A stretch of DNA of 63,053 nt, the filler included, from Asterionella formosa (lineage: Eukaryota), in the NCBI GenBank assembly GCA_002256025.1. It is 15 parts of 15 records of this genome, joined end to end, with 100 filler letters (N's around TTAATTAATTAA, not from the genome) between each part and the next. Parts side by side here need not be neighbours in the genome. Positions count along the whole stretch, not along the records: positions 18,814 to 35,275 come from NKIB01004901.1; 14 more parts are not named here. One strand, written 5' to 3'. How positions within the stretch are numbered: the stretch's first letter is position 1; each line of letters begins with the position of its first letter. Positions 23,360-34,489 of this stretch are shown in pieces. Both the position numbers and the translations under genes were made by a program. The notes beneath the pieces were generated by a model that did not search any database, was not told the origin of the DNA, and worked only from the letters and a program-made list of their open reading frames with translations.

Positions 23360-25192
23360 TTAGGACACAACTGCAGCTTGCGGAACAAACTGATCTGCAA
23401 CAGGACCCGCCCCAATTACAGCTCGAAAAATGTTTCCTCTCTGTCCTTTGCCCAGCTCATGATGTAGCTTAGCAATGTTGCGATCCAACTTAGTCTCGCC
23501 TACCCGATCTGCTCGCTTGGCATCTCGTCGTTTAATCACGGAGGCATCCATACACCGTTCTGTCGCCGCATCCCAGGTCAAATGATACGAGAGTTCCTCT
23601 GACATTGGCAATGGATTGTGCGTCAAAGCGTATTGCATGAGAGTGACAAATTCCTTTCGGCTGGTGTACACAAGACAATTAGGAAATTGCTCAAAGAATT
23701 GGTTGGACGGATGGGCTGGAAGAATGGCGAACTTGCCCATCGCCAAAGCCTCTGCAGTTGCCGTGCACAAGACTTCAGAAAGACTTGGATTGACGAAAAT
23801 CTTGTATTGCTTGCAAGCTTGCAGATGATCTTGACGACCTAGAAAGTTGGCTGGGATCTTGCTCTTCCTGAACTCATATCGCGATTTAGGCAATATTATT
23901 TGGTTTTTTCTGTCGGAATCATGGCTCTCGCGACGTCCCGCAAATGCACGCCGTATGTCGTCTTCGTCTGGACCACTGCCAACAATATCGATCGAAAAAA
24001 ATGCTCCCGTCTGCTTCTGGAACGCACCTTCTAACTCAATGAGATGATCCAATCCCTTGGCCCACAATAATTTGCCAAGGAAGTATACCCCATTCTTTGG
24101 AAGGTTCTTTCTGCCTTCGCTGAGAAAATCCATTCGGATTCCATGCACGTTTGCTACAACTTCCTTTTCCGGAGAGAATGTTTGCAACACACCCGACAAC
24201 TTTATGAGCTTGTGGCAATAGGCTCGTACCATCCAGCTTGAATACATACCGAGTGCTGGCGAGGCAATAGCCGTTGCAACTCCATCCTGTCGAAAATAGG
24301 CCAAATAATTTGTATGTCCTACTCCCACAACATGCCTAAACTTGTCCTTCCACCCATGCTTTCCAGGGGCTCGATACCAATTCAAATGCTCTGGTTCTTC
24401 CAAGAAGCATACATCCAATGATTCTTCTCCGAGCAGGGAACAAATGTCACCCATGGCAAAGATCGAGTTCATGCGTGCGTGCCATCGGGCGGGATAAAAT
24501 TGAATGAAAATACCAGCAGTATCGGGGGAAGCTTCCAGCGGAAGCAATGCTTTATCTCTGATCCATGCGCGAATGTATGCATCTTGATCTTTCTGCGTTT
24601 TGTGTCTCCAGGATGGCCCGTATAGCTGAACCCGATCCTCCGCCGACTCGAGCCAAGGGATAACCAACGTGACCGTCGACAAATCTTGTGAAAACGGGCG
24701 ATTCATTTGAGAAAAGTATGCAGCTCGTAACAAAGGATTAATAGCTGTCCCAGTCATCCATGGAAGAGCCGCTGTAGTCACCACCCAAATCATCCGGCAT
24801 CCATTTTCTGCAGATGGTCTTAAGTCTGACTCCAGAGTAGGGAAATCTCCATCTTCCATATCTCGCTCGTCCTTCGTGTAGTAGGGTTCGTCTATCAAAT
24901 TTGACCAAGAGGAAGATCTTGAAAGAATACAGTTCATGTCGTCTTCGCTTGAACGATCCATGCACAACGACATAGACATGGAGCGTTGTCGATATTGTAG
25001 TCCAATGCCGAGCATTGTTATAGCTTCGGCCTTCTTCGTAAACAAGAGCGACGTGCACGTTTGAGTTTCTTCTGGTTCATCCTTGTAGGGATCCGGGTCA
25101 CTCAACGGATTTTCTGAGCTTTTGATCGACGATTCAGAACTAAATGGCCCGAAGCTGTCCATTTTCTTAGTTTTGGAAGTCGAATTTCCCAT
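23360..25192 (-). CDS. DGD: Digalactosyldiacylglycerol synthase (GT4 family)
   Basis: VVTTAALPWMTGTAINPLLRAAY, LEEPEHLNWY, HTNYLAY, FLGKLLWAKG, FVNPSLSEVLCTATAEALAMGK and HPSNQFF. Confidence 0.92.
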   Translation of the reverse strand: MGNSTSKTKKMDSFGPFSSESSIKSSENPLSDPDPYKDEPEETQTCTSLLFTKKAEAITMLGIGLQYRQRSMSMSLCMDRSSEDDMNCILSRSSSWSNLIDEPYYTKDERDMEDGDFPTLESDLRPSAENGCRMIWVVTTAALPWMTGTAINPLLRAAYFSQMNRPFSQDLSTVTLVIPWLESAEDRVQLYGPSWRHKTQKDQDAYIRAWIRDKALLPLEASPDTAGIFIQFYPARWHARMNSIFAMGDICSLLGEESLDVCFLEEPEHLNWYRAPGKHGWKDKFRHVVGVGHTNYLAYFRQDGVATAIASPALGMYSSWMVRAYCHKLIKLSGVLQTFSPEKEVVANVHGIRMDFLSEGRKNLPKNGVYFLGKLLWAKGLDHLIELEGAFQKQTGAFFSIDIVGSGPDEDDIRRAFAGRRESHDSDRKNQIILPKSRYEFRKSKIPANFLGRQDHLQACKQYKIFVNPSLSEVLCTATAEALAMGKFAILPAHPSNQFFEQFPNCLVYTSRKEFVTLMQYALTHNPLPMSEELSYHLTWDAATERCMDASVIKRRDAKRADRVGETKLDRNIAKLHHELGKGQRGNIFRAVIGAGPVADQFVPQAAVVS

Positions 25193-25685
25193 GTTCTGCA
25201 GCTACACTTATCTTGTCGGAACAAATAGAATGAGTCGATTGCGTATGTTCAGCGACGAGATTTCTAGTTTTGCAGACTAGTTGATTCGCTTCGAACAATC
25301 GCGAGCGATCAATGAAGGGGACGAAATACCGGTAGAACCAAACGGACGATTTGGGCTTTGCTGTTGTCTGCTTTACAATGACGACCTGATCCTAATTTTT
25401 TTGGTGTTTTATGCTTTATATAGATTGCGTAGCTATCGATGCATGCCGGTAATCTATCATTTTATATAGAGAATATAGAAACAATACCCCTCGTCACGGT
25501 CCGGAGTATGTTTCGCTGTGGTGATCATATTTTCTTCCTCCTTCGCTCGTATGTTCGTTGGGTAGGGAAGATACATGACATTAGGTACCTTACCTGTATT
25601 CGATTACCAAGCAAAACTGGCCATGGATCCGATACTATGTGTGCATACGACATATCCTGGTACATGGTACCAGGTAACCAGGAAT

Positions 25686-25746
25686 GTCTGGTAAAACACG
25701 TTTTAAAGTTAAGCTAAGATTAAGCTAAATATCTCGATTACCGGAC
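25686..25746. repeat. ~60-bp dispersed element with 8-9 bp terminal inverted repeats (copy 1)
   Basis: gtctggtaaaacacgtttt...aagattaagctaaatatctcgattaccggac; homologous copy at 47125-47183. Confidence 0.65.
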
Positions 25747-26416
25747 CTTGGTACCAACCTTGGAAATTTTGCTGATGATGTCATCAAGATTGAAAACAAG
25801 CAGCCACAGCCGATGACTATCATCCAAGACATCATCAGTCGTCGTGCTGACGAAAATTCTTGAAAATTTCATGATGATTATTACCAGTTGAGCCATACGA
25901 GAGCACATGACAGGACCAGAATGGTTGTCGTGATGCGACACCACGTCCGTTGGAGTCATGATTGGTTGAATATTTCGCTTACAACGCACTCCCTCTGTTC
26001 GACTACCGGTACCACCTGGTACCAGGTACCCGTACCTTGTACTCCAGAGTACCAGGTGAAGTATCTAACTAGAAGTGGTACCAGGTAGTATTTGTTGATT
26101 ATATGAGTTTATTTGTTAATCCTTGGTGTACCTCATTCTCTAAGTTGACACCAAAGTATACAATAAGGGTTAGTCGAGTTCTCTCATTATTGAGTTCTGA
26201 TGTATATGATATAACAGTAACCCTATATACATCTGTATAGCTGTGCAAGATCGCTCACCAGGTACCCCAGCTTGAACTACGTCCTTCAAAGCTTCAAAGA
26301 AGGAGCCCTCTGCAGAAGCAATATACATTCTCTATGCGAGACAATATACAGGCTATGGGTACATCGGTTATAAAAGTAGTAAAAACATAGGCATATGAAG
26401 GCGAGTATAATGCTAA

Positions 26417-26778
26417 GGCCGTTGCCAATGGTGGACCAAAACGCCATCCAAACAGTGTTTTGGTTTCAGCAACCCTAAAAAACGATGCTATTGGGAGTGA
26501 AAAACCCAATGCAAACGCATTACGTTTAGGGGATTCCGTGCCCATATCCCAATAAGTTACCTAAATGCATTATGTTTAGGTAAAGTTTTCAAAAGTAACC
26601 TAAATGTAGGATTCCGTGTTGACGACTTAGAATGTAGCAAAAACCCATAAACCCAATTATTCCAGTGTAGAGTCAGTATATATTGCGTACGTTGGGGTTT
26701 TCACTCCCGTTACAATCGCTTTTTAGGGAAACCAAAACACTGTTTGGTTGGCGTTTTGGTACATGGTTAGCACCAGCC
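26417..26778. mobile_element. MITE with ~90-bp imperfect TIRs, possibly Tourist/PIF-Harbinger-like
   Basis: accaaaacgcca.ccaaacagtgttttggtttc...gggagtgaaaaaccc is mirrored at 26692-26762. Ends are GGC...GCC, flanked by TAA and TGA. Confidence 0.7.
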
Positions 26779-27067
26779 TGAGAACATATATTATATGCAA
26801 CACTCGATTTGGGATAATTTATAAATAGGAAGAGCTGTTAGGTGTAGAAATACTGGAGCTTGCGCTTCATGAGATGCAGTGACCTAAAGTTTGGTTGCAA
26901 CTATAGTTGAGCAGAGGGAGTACATCAGTACTGTCATTAGACAAATGATTTAAAAAGGCTTTAATTTACCAGGTACCTGCTACTCTGTACCAGGGTACCC
27001 TATGACTTGGTACGAGTTACGCACCAGGTTTGTTGGAGCACCTAGAGTAGCAAGTGGGAAAATAACC

Positions 27068-28855
27068 CAGGTTGCAGTCATTGTTTGCTTTGCTGAAACA
27101 GATATAGTGCGCTCACCAAAGCAGTCAATTAAATGAAGGGTTTACTCCTCCCATGGTTGACAGTTCTCAAAGTCAAGTACTACATCACCAAGATCAACAA
27201 AAAATTTAGGGAGCCGCTTGGAGCTGAGGGAATTGTACATGTTGTCTCTGATGTGGCAAGCAAACAGAGACATCGTCTAACAGTAAAGAACGAGCAGCAG
27301 ACCGGATATTGTAGCTCATTTTTGTCTACCAGAATCTCACTCAGTTGTTCATTTCTTTCCTCCTCCTTCTTCTGGAAGCAACAAAAACAAAGAAATGAAA
27401 AATGGGTTGAGTTGAAAGAAAACTGGCGAAATTGAAGTCAACAAGTATCCTTTAATTTCACCAGTATACATAGGAAATAAGTATTCAGTAGTATTTTAGA
27501 GACTAAGTATATTTTACGTTGATACTGGTATATTTTTCCCGTACATTTCAGTCATTGCATAATACATATTCACTCATTTGCGGTTGGTAACCATATGAGT
27601 ACAACAGTATTCAAAATGATCATGCCAAGAATGAAATGTTACCGTCGTTTGAGTTGGCCAGCATACTTATTTAAGTATTGGAGAAGCAGACTTGAATATG
27701 ATCCACAATGTCCAAACCTTCATCATTGTGGCAAATCTACCGCACCTTGCAGAGGGTACCATGACTTGGTGATGTAGGGTTTGTGGTAATTGTTTTCTTC
27801 CAAATGCGAAAATGCCAAAAGATGGGCAAATGGCTAATAAATGCAAATGACAATGACTTGATAAACAAAAGTAAGCAAGTCTTGCCTACTTTGCTTTACT
27901 CTGTCCATACTCAAATTCCTCCTTCTTATTCGGCTGAAGTGATGAAAAAATCTAGCCATCTTAGTCTAGATTTTCAAAGTCGTGGGGATGATTTGAAATT
28001 TGGAACTGCCATCATCACAATACATACCAACTATGCAACATAACTGCACATGGAGTGAGACTTATAATAGAACAACATGAATAATCGAAGCAATAGATCT
28101 GAGATAAGATGTTATCAACTGAGAGTTGATGGATTGTATCAGCAATTTGTTCAGTCGTGGAGGCAAGTATCAGCGCCGAAAAATAATAAGTATGTTAAAG
28201 CTATTATTGCCGTATCCCCTTCAGTTGAAGTTTCTACTACTCATCTGGGCAATTGCAATGCTATGAATGGGCCGTGAAGGTGGGAAGTACAAAATTGAGA
28301 TGGCAAAATATTTTACCACTTCTATGATACCATCTTCCTTACCAGTTGTCGATTGTTGAGACTAAAATAATATCTATACCTTATACAAAGAGTATAGTAT
28401 ACAACAGTTATATTGCATACCGGGTGGTAGTTGGTATGATGATGCTGGCGGTTCCAAATTTCAAATCCCAATGACTTTGAAAACATCACTTCAGCTGAGT
28501 TTGGAGGGAATAAAGTAAGATGTGCTTACTTTGCTTACTTTTTGCTTACTGGTCATTGTCACATGCTTCTTTAGCCTTTTGCCCGTACTTTGAAATTTTC
28601 GTATTTGAAAGAATAAAAAAAGCGTAAACCCTGCATCACTAAGCAAATCATGTTAAAGAAAATTTCAAACAGAGAATTGATGATGTTCTCTAGTATGTAT
28701 GATGGTGCTGAACATAAGCACCTGTCTGGTATCACATTGTCTGTTTCAGCAAAATGACTGCAACTTGATGGTTAGAGTGATGTTCTCTATGTGTGATGAA
28801 TATAAGCGCCTGTCCGGCATCACATTGTCTGTTTCAGCAAAATGATGGCAACCTG
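27068..28855. mobile_element. Non-autonomous foldback-type element: outer short TIRs plus inner ~280-bp inverted arms (27760-28046 and 28405-28652)
   Basis: Outer caggttgcagtcatt..tgctgaaacaga is mirrored at 28827-28855. Inner arms share gatgtagggttt, gctgaagtgatg, ttttcaaagtc, atttgaaatttggaac and cataccaacta in reverse complement. Confidence 0.65.
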
Positions 28856-29103
28856 CAGGTAAGAGTGGTCCACCTCTAATCTGCTCTTGCTAGACCTACC
28901 CTTTAATGCAGGGTGTGTAAATGTTCTGGTAATTGACTCAACAAGCTTTGGACCACTGGATGACCACCGTAAATACAAATGATAGTTCTAGCTACTAGGA
29001 TCTAACATAATTTTATTGTTCCACCCTACAGAGGATAGTAAACAATGAAGTAAGAGTCTACACAATTCTTTGAAGCCATTAAGCATTTGCACTTGCTGGA
29101 TGT

Positions 29104-30327
29104 CTAGAGGTAATGGAAAACCTCCATCAATTCTGGATCCAACGCATGCTTGGCTAAGCTTATATCTGCCTCAGTGAGTCCTTTGGTTCTTACTCGCTTG
29201 TTACGCCCATATCGAATCATTGCCGAAGCCAATGTAGTCTTGGCAGCTCCATGGCCAGATCCAAACTTGGCTGAATCCAAAATGTACAAGAATTTGTCTT
29301 TCCTTAAGCTGCCCCCTGCACATTCACAAATTTGTGTTATGACTTCTTTGGGGTGGAAGATTAAATCTTCAAAACGTATGATCAGCTTCGGGAAGTCCTG
29401 CGCACCATAGTATTGCAGATTCCAATCTGACCATAGATGTGCCATTGAATTCCATTTGGATGCGTGCTCATTGTCCCATGAAATGCGAACAGGAATGTTT
29501 TTCCCTGGAAATGCAAAGAGAGAATAATCGTGTTCATTCGGAACTAGATTCGGGCAATGTTCGGGTCGATGATGCCACCTTAGGCCATAGCCATGACGGC
29601 ACATGCTTTTCATCCAAGAATATGGATCTCGGATAGTAACGATCGGTAATATGGTGGAAACATCAAAGGATTCTTTGTTTGGGACAAAGTGTCTGCCACG
29701 TAATGATGCCATCACGTGTTTACCCCATGGTACTTGCCACTGAATGCCATTCTGATTCTCAACGAAATAGCAATTTGCTTCCAGATACAGAGATAATACA
29801 TTGGTCCCGCTATTAAATAAACCCGCTGGTCCCACGCTACGCTTCTCTGGCGGTGTCGAGTCTCGAAAAGTCTGACATTGGTCAAGTCCGAAAACGATGG
29901 GTCCCTCGCCGTATAATTCTTGCACGGCGCTCCATTTAGGAAGCTGCCTGAGTGTAGCGAAATCAATGTCATTCACTCCAGCATCTTTTAATATCTCTAT
30001 TAGTGGTTCTTTCCCCTGCCTTGCTTGTGCAAGGCTGGTCGAATTATCTGTTGCCTCCACAAGGTCATCGTCAGTTAAATCCTGCAAACTTTCCAGAGTT
30101 AGATTTTTTGCTTGAAATTGCAGCTTTGTAAAGTAAGTTGATCCTTTATCTTGTCTTGCGCCATGATCTGTCAGCAACTTGATCTGCAGTTGAGAGTGAT
30201 AAAACGTGACATTGAAAGACCAGACGACAAACAAACCCAATATCAATGCGATACGAATCAATTTCGTTCTCGGTCGTTTTCGTCGCTTCGAGACTGCAGA
30301 TCGATTCCCATTGCTGCACAATGTCAT
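29104..30327 (-). CDS. Type II membrane sulfotransferase-like protein, single domain; paralog of 18859-22426
   Basis: Basic cytosolic tail and TM helix, then GPAGLFNSGTN, WQVPWGKH, RDPYSWMKSMC and RFEDLIF. Confidence 0.78.
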   Translation of the reverse strand: MTLCSNGNRSAVSKRRKRPRTKLIRIALILGLFVVWSFNVTFYHSQLQIKLLTDHGARQDKGSTYFTKLQFQAKNLTLESLQDLTDDDLVEATDNSTSLAQARQGKEPLIEILKDAGVNDIDFATLRQLPKWSAVQELYGEGPIVFGLDQCQTFRDSTPPEKRSVGPAGLFNSGTNVLSLYLEANCYFVENQNGIQWQVPWGKHVMASLRGRHFVPNKESFDVSTILPIVTIRDPYSWMKSMCRHGYGLRWHHRPEHCPNLVPNEHDYSLFAFPGKNIPVRISWDNEHASKWNSMAHLWSDWNLQYYGAQDFPKLIIRFEDLIFHPKEVITQICECAGGSLRKDKFLYILDSAKFGSGHGAAKTTLASAMIRYGRNKRVRTKGLTEADISLAKHALDPELMEVFHYL

Positions 30328-31420
30328 GTCATCGAGAAAAAGCTGCGATAAGTTGAAACATACGGGATGATCCGAAAACAACCATCATTTTTGTTGGCTC
30401 CAACGACGACACGACGGCAAGAACGGGCCTACAATTTTGATGTCAGCCCAGCAATGTTCATCAACCACCAAAGCTATTTAATTTTTACTTCCTACGTAGA
30501 TACCGATAATGCAACAACTGCTACTGTGCGCAGCTAATATTCCTGCATACGGTATCATTGGAGTATCTTTGTATCTTAGCTTTTATAAACTATATACCAT
30601 GGGTATCGGTAGGGTAGCCATCATCATTGTTTACGCCAAGGAGTCGTTCAGTAGTCTCCCGGTATGTGTCGTCATATTTTTACATCATACCGGTATGTAG
30701 TGCCAAAAAGAATTTACATACCGGTATTTGTTTTTGTGTCCAAAAGAGTTCGAAAAGGTCATTGTTTCCTACTACGTGCTGCACCACGTACACTCATCAT
30801 ACATACCGTAGGTAATGAGTCGGGAGAGGATGATGTGGAATGTGCGTTGCTGGATACATGTATCATGTACATATCGTACCCAGGTTTTTTCAGTTCGAAC
30901 ATTTTTGTTTTGAGTCCAAAAGAGCTCGAAAGGCGTGGTTGTTGGTACTACGTACCTGCCGTTGCAGGTGAAGAACGTAAGGTTCATGCATTTGAACCCC
31001 TCCTAGATGTATGTGTAGCTCGAGGTACTAGGTAGGATGTAGGATGTCTTGAGAGGATGCATGTGAAATGATAATTGATTACCGGTATCTAGTATGTAGA
31101 CATGTTTTGACGGCCGGCCAAGTGATGAATGCAATGTCATGACATTTGACGAAGCGGAAGCAGGAGGCCGGTGACTACTGGTAATAGTATATATCATATT
31201 TCCTATACTTGTACCAGGTACCCGTATATGAACAGCCAGCATCAATAACCTATTATAGCTACCGGTATTACCGGTAGCAGCATTCAATGTACCGGTAGAT
31301 AGATTTGATGGTTGTGGTAATGCACCCTGGCTGTTGTTAAATGTCACCAATATACCACAATACTCAATATACCGGTACTCGTCAGGCCTCAAGTGAGAAA
31401 CTCTGACTCCTGCACAAAGA

Positions 31421-31804
31421 ATGAAGACTGATATCTGCATACTTTTAGCAGCACTGTCCATCTTTGGCAATGTCGATTCCTTTCTGATTAAAGCACAACG
31501 GCCTGTGCTTCAAAGAAATTCCCACGTCAGCATGAGTTCTGGCGACGAAGGGCCAGACTCGGAAACCAAGTTGTCTCTGGAAGAAAAGATGAAGCAATGG
31601 GAAGCCACTGAAGAGGAGATGAAGGCTGCTACCCTCGGCGGATTCGGCATGCCGAAAGCCAGCAAAGAAAGAACTGGGGCCTTCGATATTGGGCTTTACA
31701 TTGCCTTCCCATTCATGGTAATCGGATCCTTGGCGTTTGCTTTGTTCCCATTCATAATGGACAAGATTGATGTTACTAGCGTTGGACCTCCTCCTACAAT
31801 CTAG
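31421..31804 (+). CDS. Small, probably plastid-targeted membrane protein
   Basis: Signal peptide ending VDS-F, a Ser/Arg-rich transit-like segment and a C-terminal TM helix (FDIGLYIAFPFMVIGSLAFALFPF). Confidence 0.65.
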   Translation: MKTDICILLAALSIFGNVDSFLIKAQRPVLQRNSHVSMSSGDEGPDSETKLSLEEKMKQWEATEEEMKAATLGGFGMPKASKERTGAFDIGLYIAFPFMVIGSLAFALFPFIMDKIDVTSVGPPPTI

Positions 31805-32205
31805 ACTTTGATAATGGATAAACACCAAATGCAACACCATTGGCCTTTTACAGCGTCACTCTACGTAGTAGTGGAATTTGTGATGAGTACATATAAAAAG
31901 CATCATGTATACTGAGTAGAGGAATGTACCTACATGACAAACACCTACATTTTATCACTTGCCGGAGTGAATGAATACAATCAATTCAATCCAAGTACTC
32001 CATACTTCGCGCGCTTAAGAAACAGGCAAAATTGAGCTGCGAATTTCAGCAGTATTGGGTAGCAATATCGAGACTGGCCTAGCGGTTGTTCGTTGTACAT
32101 ACACAAGCGACCAATCCTCAACAGCCTTTCGTAGTCCGTATGCAATACATACAGCGTAGTCATGGTGCCTTTTCGACACATATAATTTGCCTTGATCTAG
32201 ACATC

Positions 32206-32925
32206 TTACAGTTCCATATCATCTGATGGTGAGACTAGCCGAGAATGGTTTTCCGTGCTTCCACCAAAAATGTCTTTACTGGGAGGAGACATCATCAACT
32301 CCATGTCAAGCGGACTGCTATCCGAAACTTCATTGAGATGTGAATTCCACTGAATGTTAAATCGTGTCACTCTTGGCTTGTCGGCGAGTGTGGTTCGAAT
32401 CACTTGTTCCAGTGGCAGAGGAGAAGGAAGAATGGCATCTTCGCTTTCACATGGATATTCATTGTTTACATAATACCCAATTCTAACAAACTCTTGGTCT
32501 TTGTAGGAACAGGTAATAAGCACTACAGTAACTCCAAGCACATTTTCTTCTCCCAAGAGAGCTACATCTGGCGCATCAGCCTGCAAGACAAATTTGTTGA
32601 CTCCAACGGGAACCGGTCCCACCAGAATCTCATCCAGACATTGGTCCTTTTCTGACGATTCTGCCGATCCAACGTAAAGGATTTTCCATTCCAAGTCGTC
32701 GTCGAGGTCCTGCAAGCATTCAAAAGTAATTTCAAACTGCAAAGGATTTGTAAATTGCGTAGGATTGTCCAGAACAACCTGAAAACAATGAATATGGATA
32801 GCGTTAGTTAGACAAAAGTAATGCGGTGTGAGACACTGCAACACATCGCGTGATCGGCAGTACAGGACAGTGTCGTGGATCACCTTGACTGTACTTACCA
32901 CATTGGTCACATTGACGAGAGACAT
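32206..32925 (-). CDS. ASF1: Histone H3/H4 chaperone ASF1; exons 32925-32899 and 32778-32206
   Basis: MSLVNVTNV|VVLDNP..F.NPLQFEITFECL, DLEWKILYVGSAES, EFVRIGYYVNNEY and KPRVTRF; GTAAGT...TTTCAG intron at 32779-32898. Confidence 0.95.
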   Translation of the reverse strand: MSLVNVTNVVSTVKVIHDTVLYCRSRDVLQCLTPHYFCLTNAIHIHCFQVVLDNPTQFTNPLQFEITFECLQDLDDDLEWKILYVGSAESSEKDQCLDEILVGPVPVGVNKFVLQADAPDVALLGEENVLGVTVVLITCSYKDQEFVRIGYYVNNEYPCESEDAILPSPLPLEQVIRTTLADKPRVTRFNIQWNSHLNEVSDSSPLDMELMMSPPSKDIFGGSTENHSRLVSPSDDMEL

Positions 32926-33805
32926 GGCTGTTTAGCTAGTTTTGTAGATATTAGAGGCAAATGGATTTGGTATTTATAGAATCAGTATGTGGCGATGTAG
33001 CCAGTAGCTTCCGAACTCTCGTAAGTTGTTCGTGGAATCGAGTACCGGTAGATTGTTTGTCAATGCAAATCAACGCCCGGAGAGATTAGCAATGATACAA
33101 GTTTGGAAAGCGAGATGCTTCGTTCCAATGATTGCTTTCGAAAGCCGTAGTGCGGATAAAGGAGAAGATCGGAGGATTTGAATTCCCTTGCTTTTTGAAT
33201 GTCTTTCGTTTCTTTGTTTTAATTTATGATTTGAGAATCGTGTGTATGTCTACTGCGCCAAAAGAAAAAGTGAGTCCCAAACACCCCGGTGCTCTGTTTT
33301 TTCACAAGTTAATTACCGGTATACTCCTGCTATATGTACATAATCTGGAGTGCCATACTTTCTACCAAATTACTTTTTGTTTTTATGGCGCGGGGTTTTT
33401 TTCGTTACTCCAAGGAGTCGAAACATGAGTGAGTGTGGTGCATGATGCGCACCGGTATTACTAACTACCGGTGAGAAAGCAACAATCAATGGATCACATA
33501 ATGAATGCCAGTGAGCGACATTCATGATGGCGAATTCCTTGGCCTCTGGAGCCTGGTGCTGGTACACCCTCAACTAATACTGGTACGTGGTACGTGGTAC
33601 CTGGTACCAGGTAAGCAAGATGACGACTATGTAGTAGCATTGGATTAGAACTGCCTAAACACAATCGGCTTCGCTAGGGAGTGCAAACTTCATCAGTACC
33701 AGGTACCAGGTACTAAAGTGAACCTGGTACTGTATTTCTACTGACAATACCGGTACTTCACCTGGTAGAACACTCCCCTGGAAGGTCCGGTAGTGCACAT
33801 TTTAT

Positions 33806-34065
33806 GCCCACCTTTTCAGTTACAATTCACTCCCAATGATTCTTCCCATGCCTGCCAGACAAGATAGCTAGACCAGCAATTGTTAGGTTCGACGCCCATA
33901 CTCCTTACCTTCCTGAATGGTATTGCCTGGTGTGGTGCAAGAAATAGTGGGTTGCCCCCTACAAGCAGCTTGTGCCGCCTTCCTAGGCGGTCGGAGTTTC
34001 CCCTAATGCTGTGGCTAAGACAATCATCTTTCACGAAAGGTGGTTGGGGAGCGACTAACCTACAC
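33806..34065. ncRNA. Candidate structured RNA or SINE-like remnant; family unknown
   Basis: GC-richer island with several hairpins (minus strand GGGG-GCAA-CCC, GGG-GAAA-CTC, CCGCCT-AGGA-AGGCGG), a long-range stem and a B-box-like GGTTCGACGCC. Confidence 0.3.
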
Positions 34066-34489
34066 TACTAAAACTAGGGAAGCTTATTGGCAGGTAGCAC
34101 AATGAAAGACTTGCCTAGAAATAGGGAAGTACAAATGGGCAATAAAACATACTATCCTTTTATAATTGCCAATTACTAGGTACCCAGGATTTAAGCGCCT
34201 ATAATAACACTAGTATATTCGTCAAGAATTCATTCTGACCTCGCATGATATCAATCACTTCAAGTTCATATGCATGCTGATCCTCCTCCTGTTTCAACTC
34301 ATTCCACAGGTGATTGTGATGTGTTCATGAAAATATCTCATACGCACTATTTCAGGTATTCACTCCGAGAGGTTGCTGTTGATGCTCTTCATTCAGGTCA
34401 AGGAGCATGCAAAATGATGTTGTTGCACTTTTTGTACTGACAAAATAATCTATATGGACACTAAATTAATCTTTAATGGAAATCTTTTT

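Noticed and set aside
33076..33100. GAGAGATTAGCA resembling U6 snRNA
   Set aside because: Match is too short; the ACAGAGA box and the rest of U6 are absent.
33995..34065. CCCTAA/CTAACC as a telomerase RNA template
   Set aside because: No contiguous 1.5-repeat template, so it cannot be supported.
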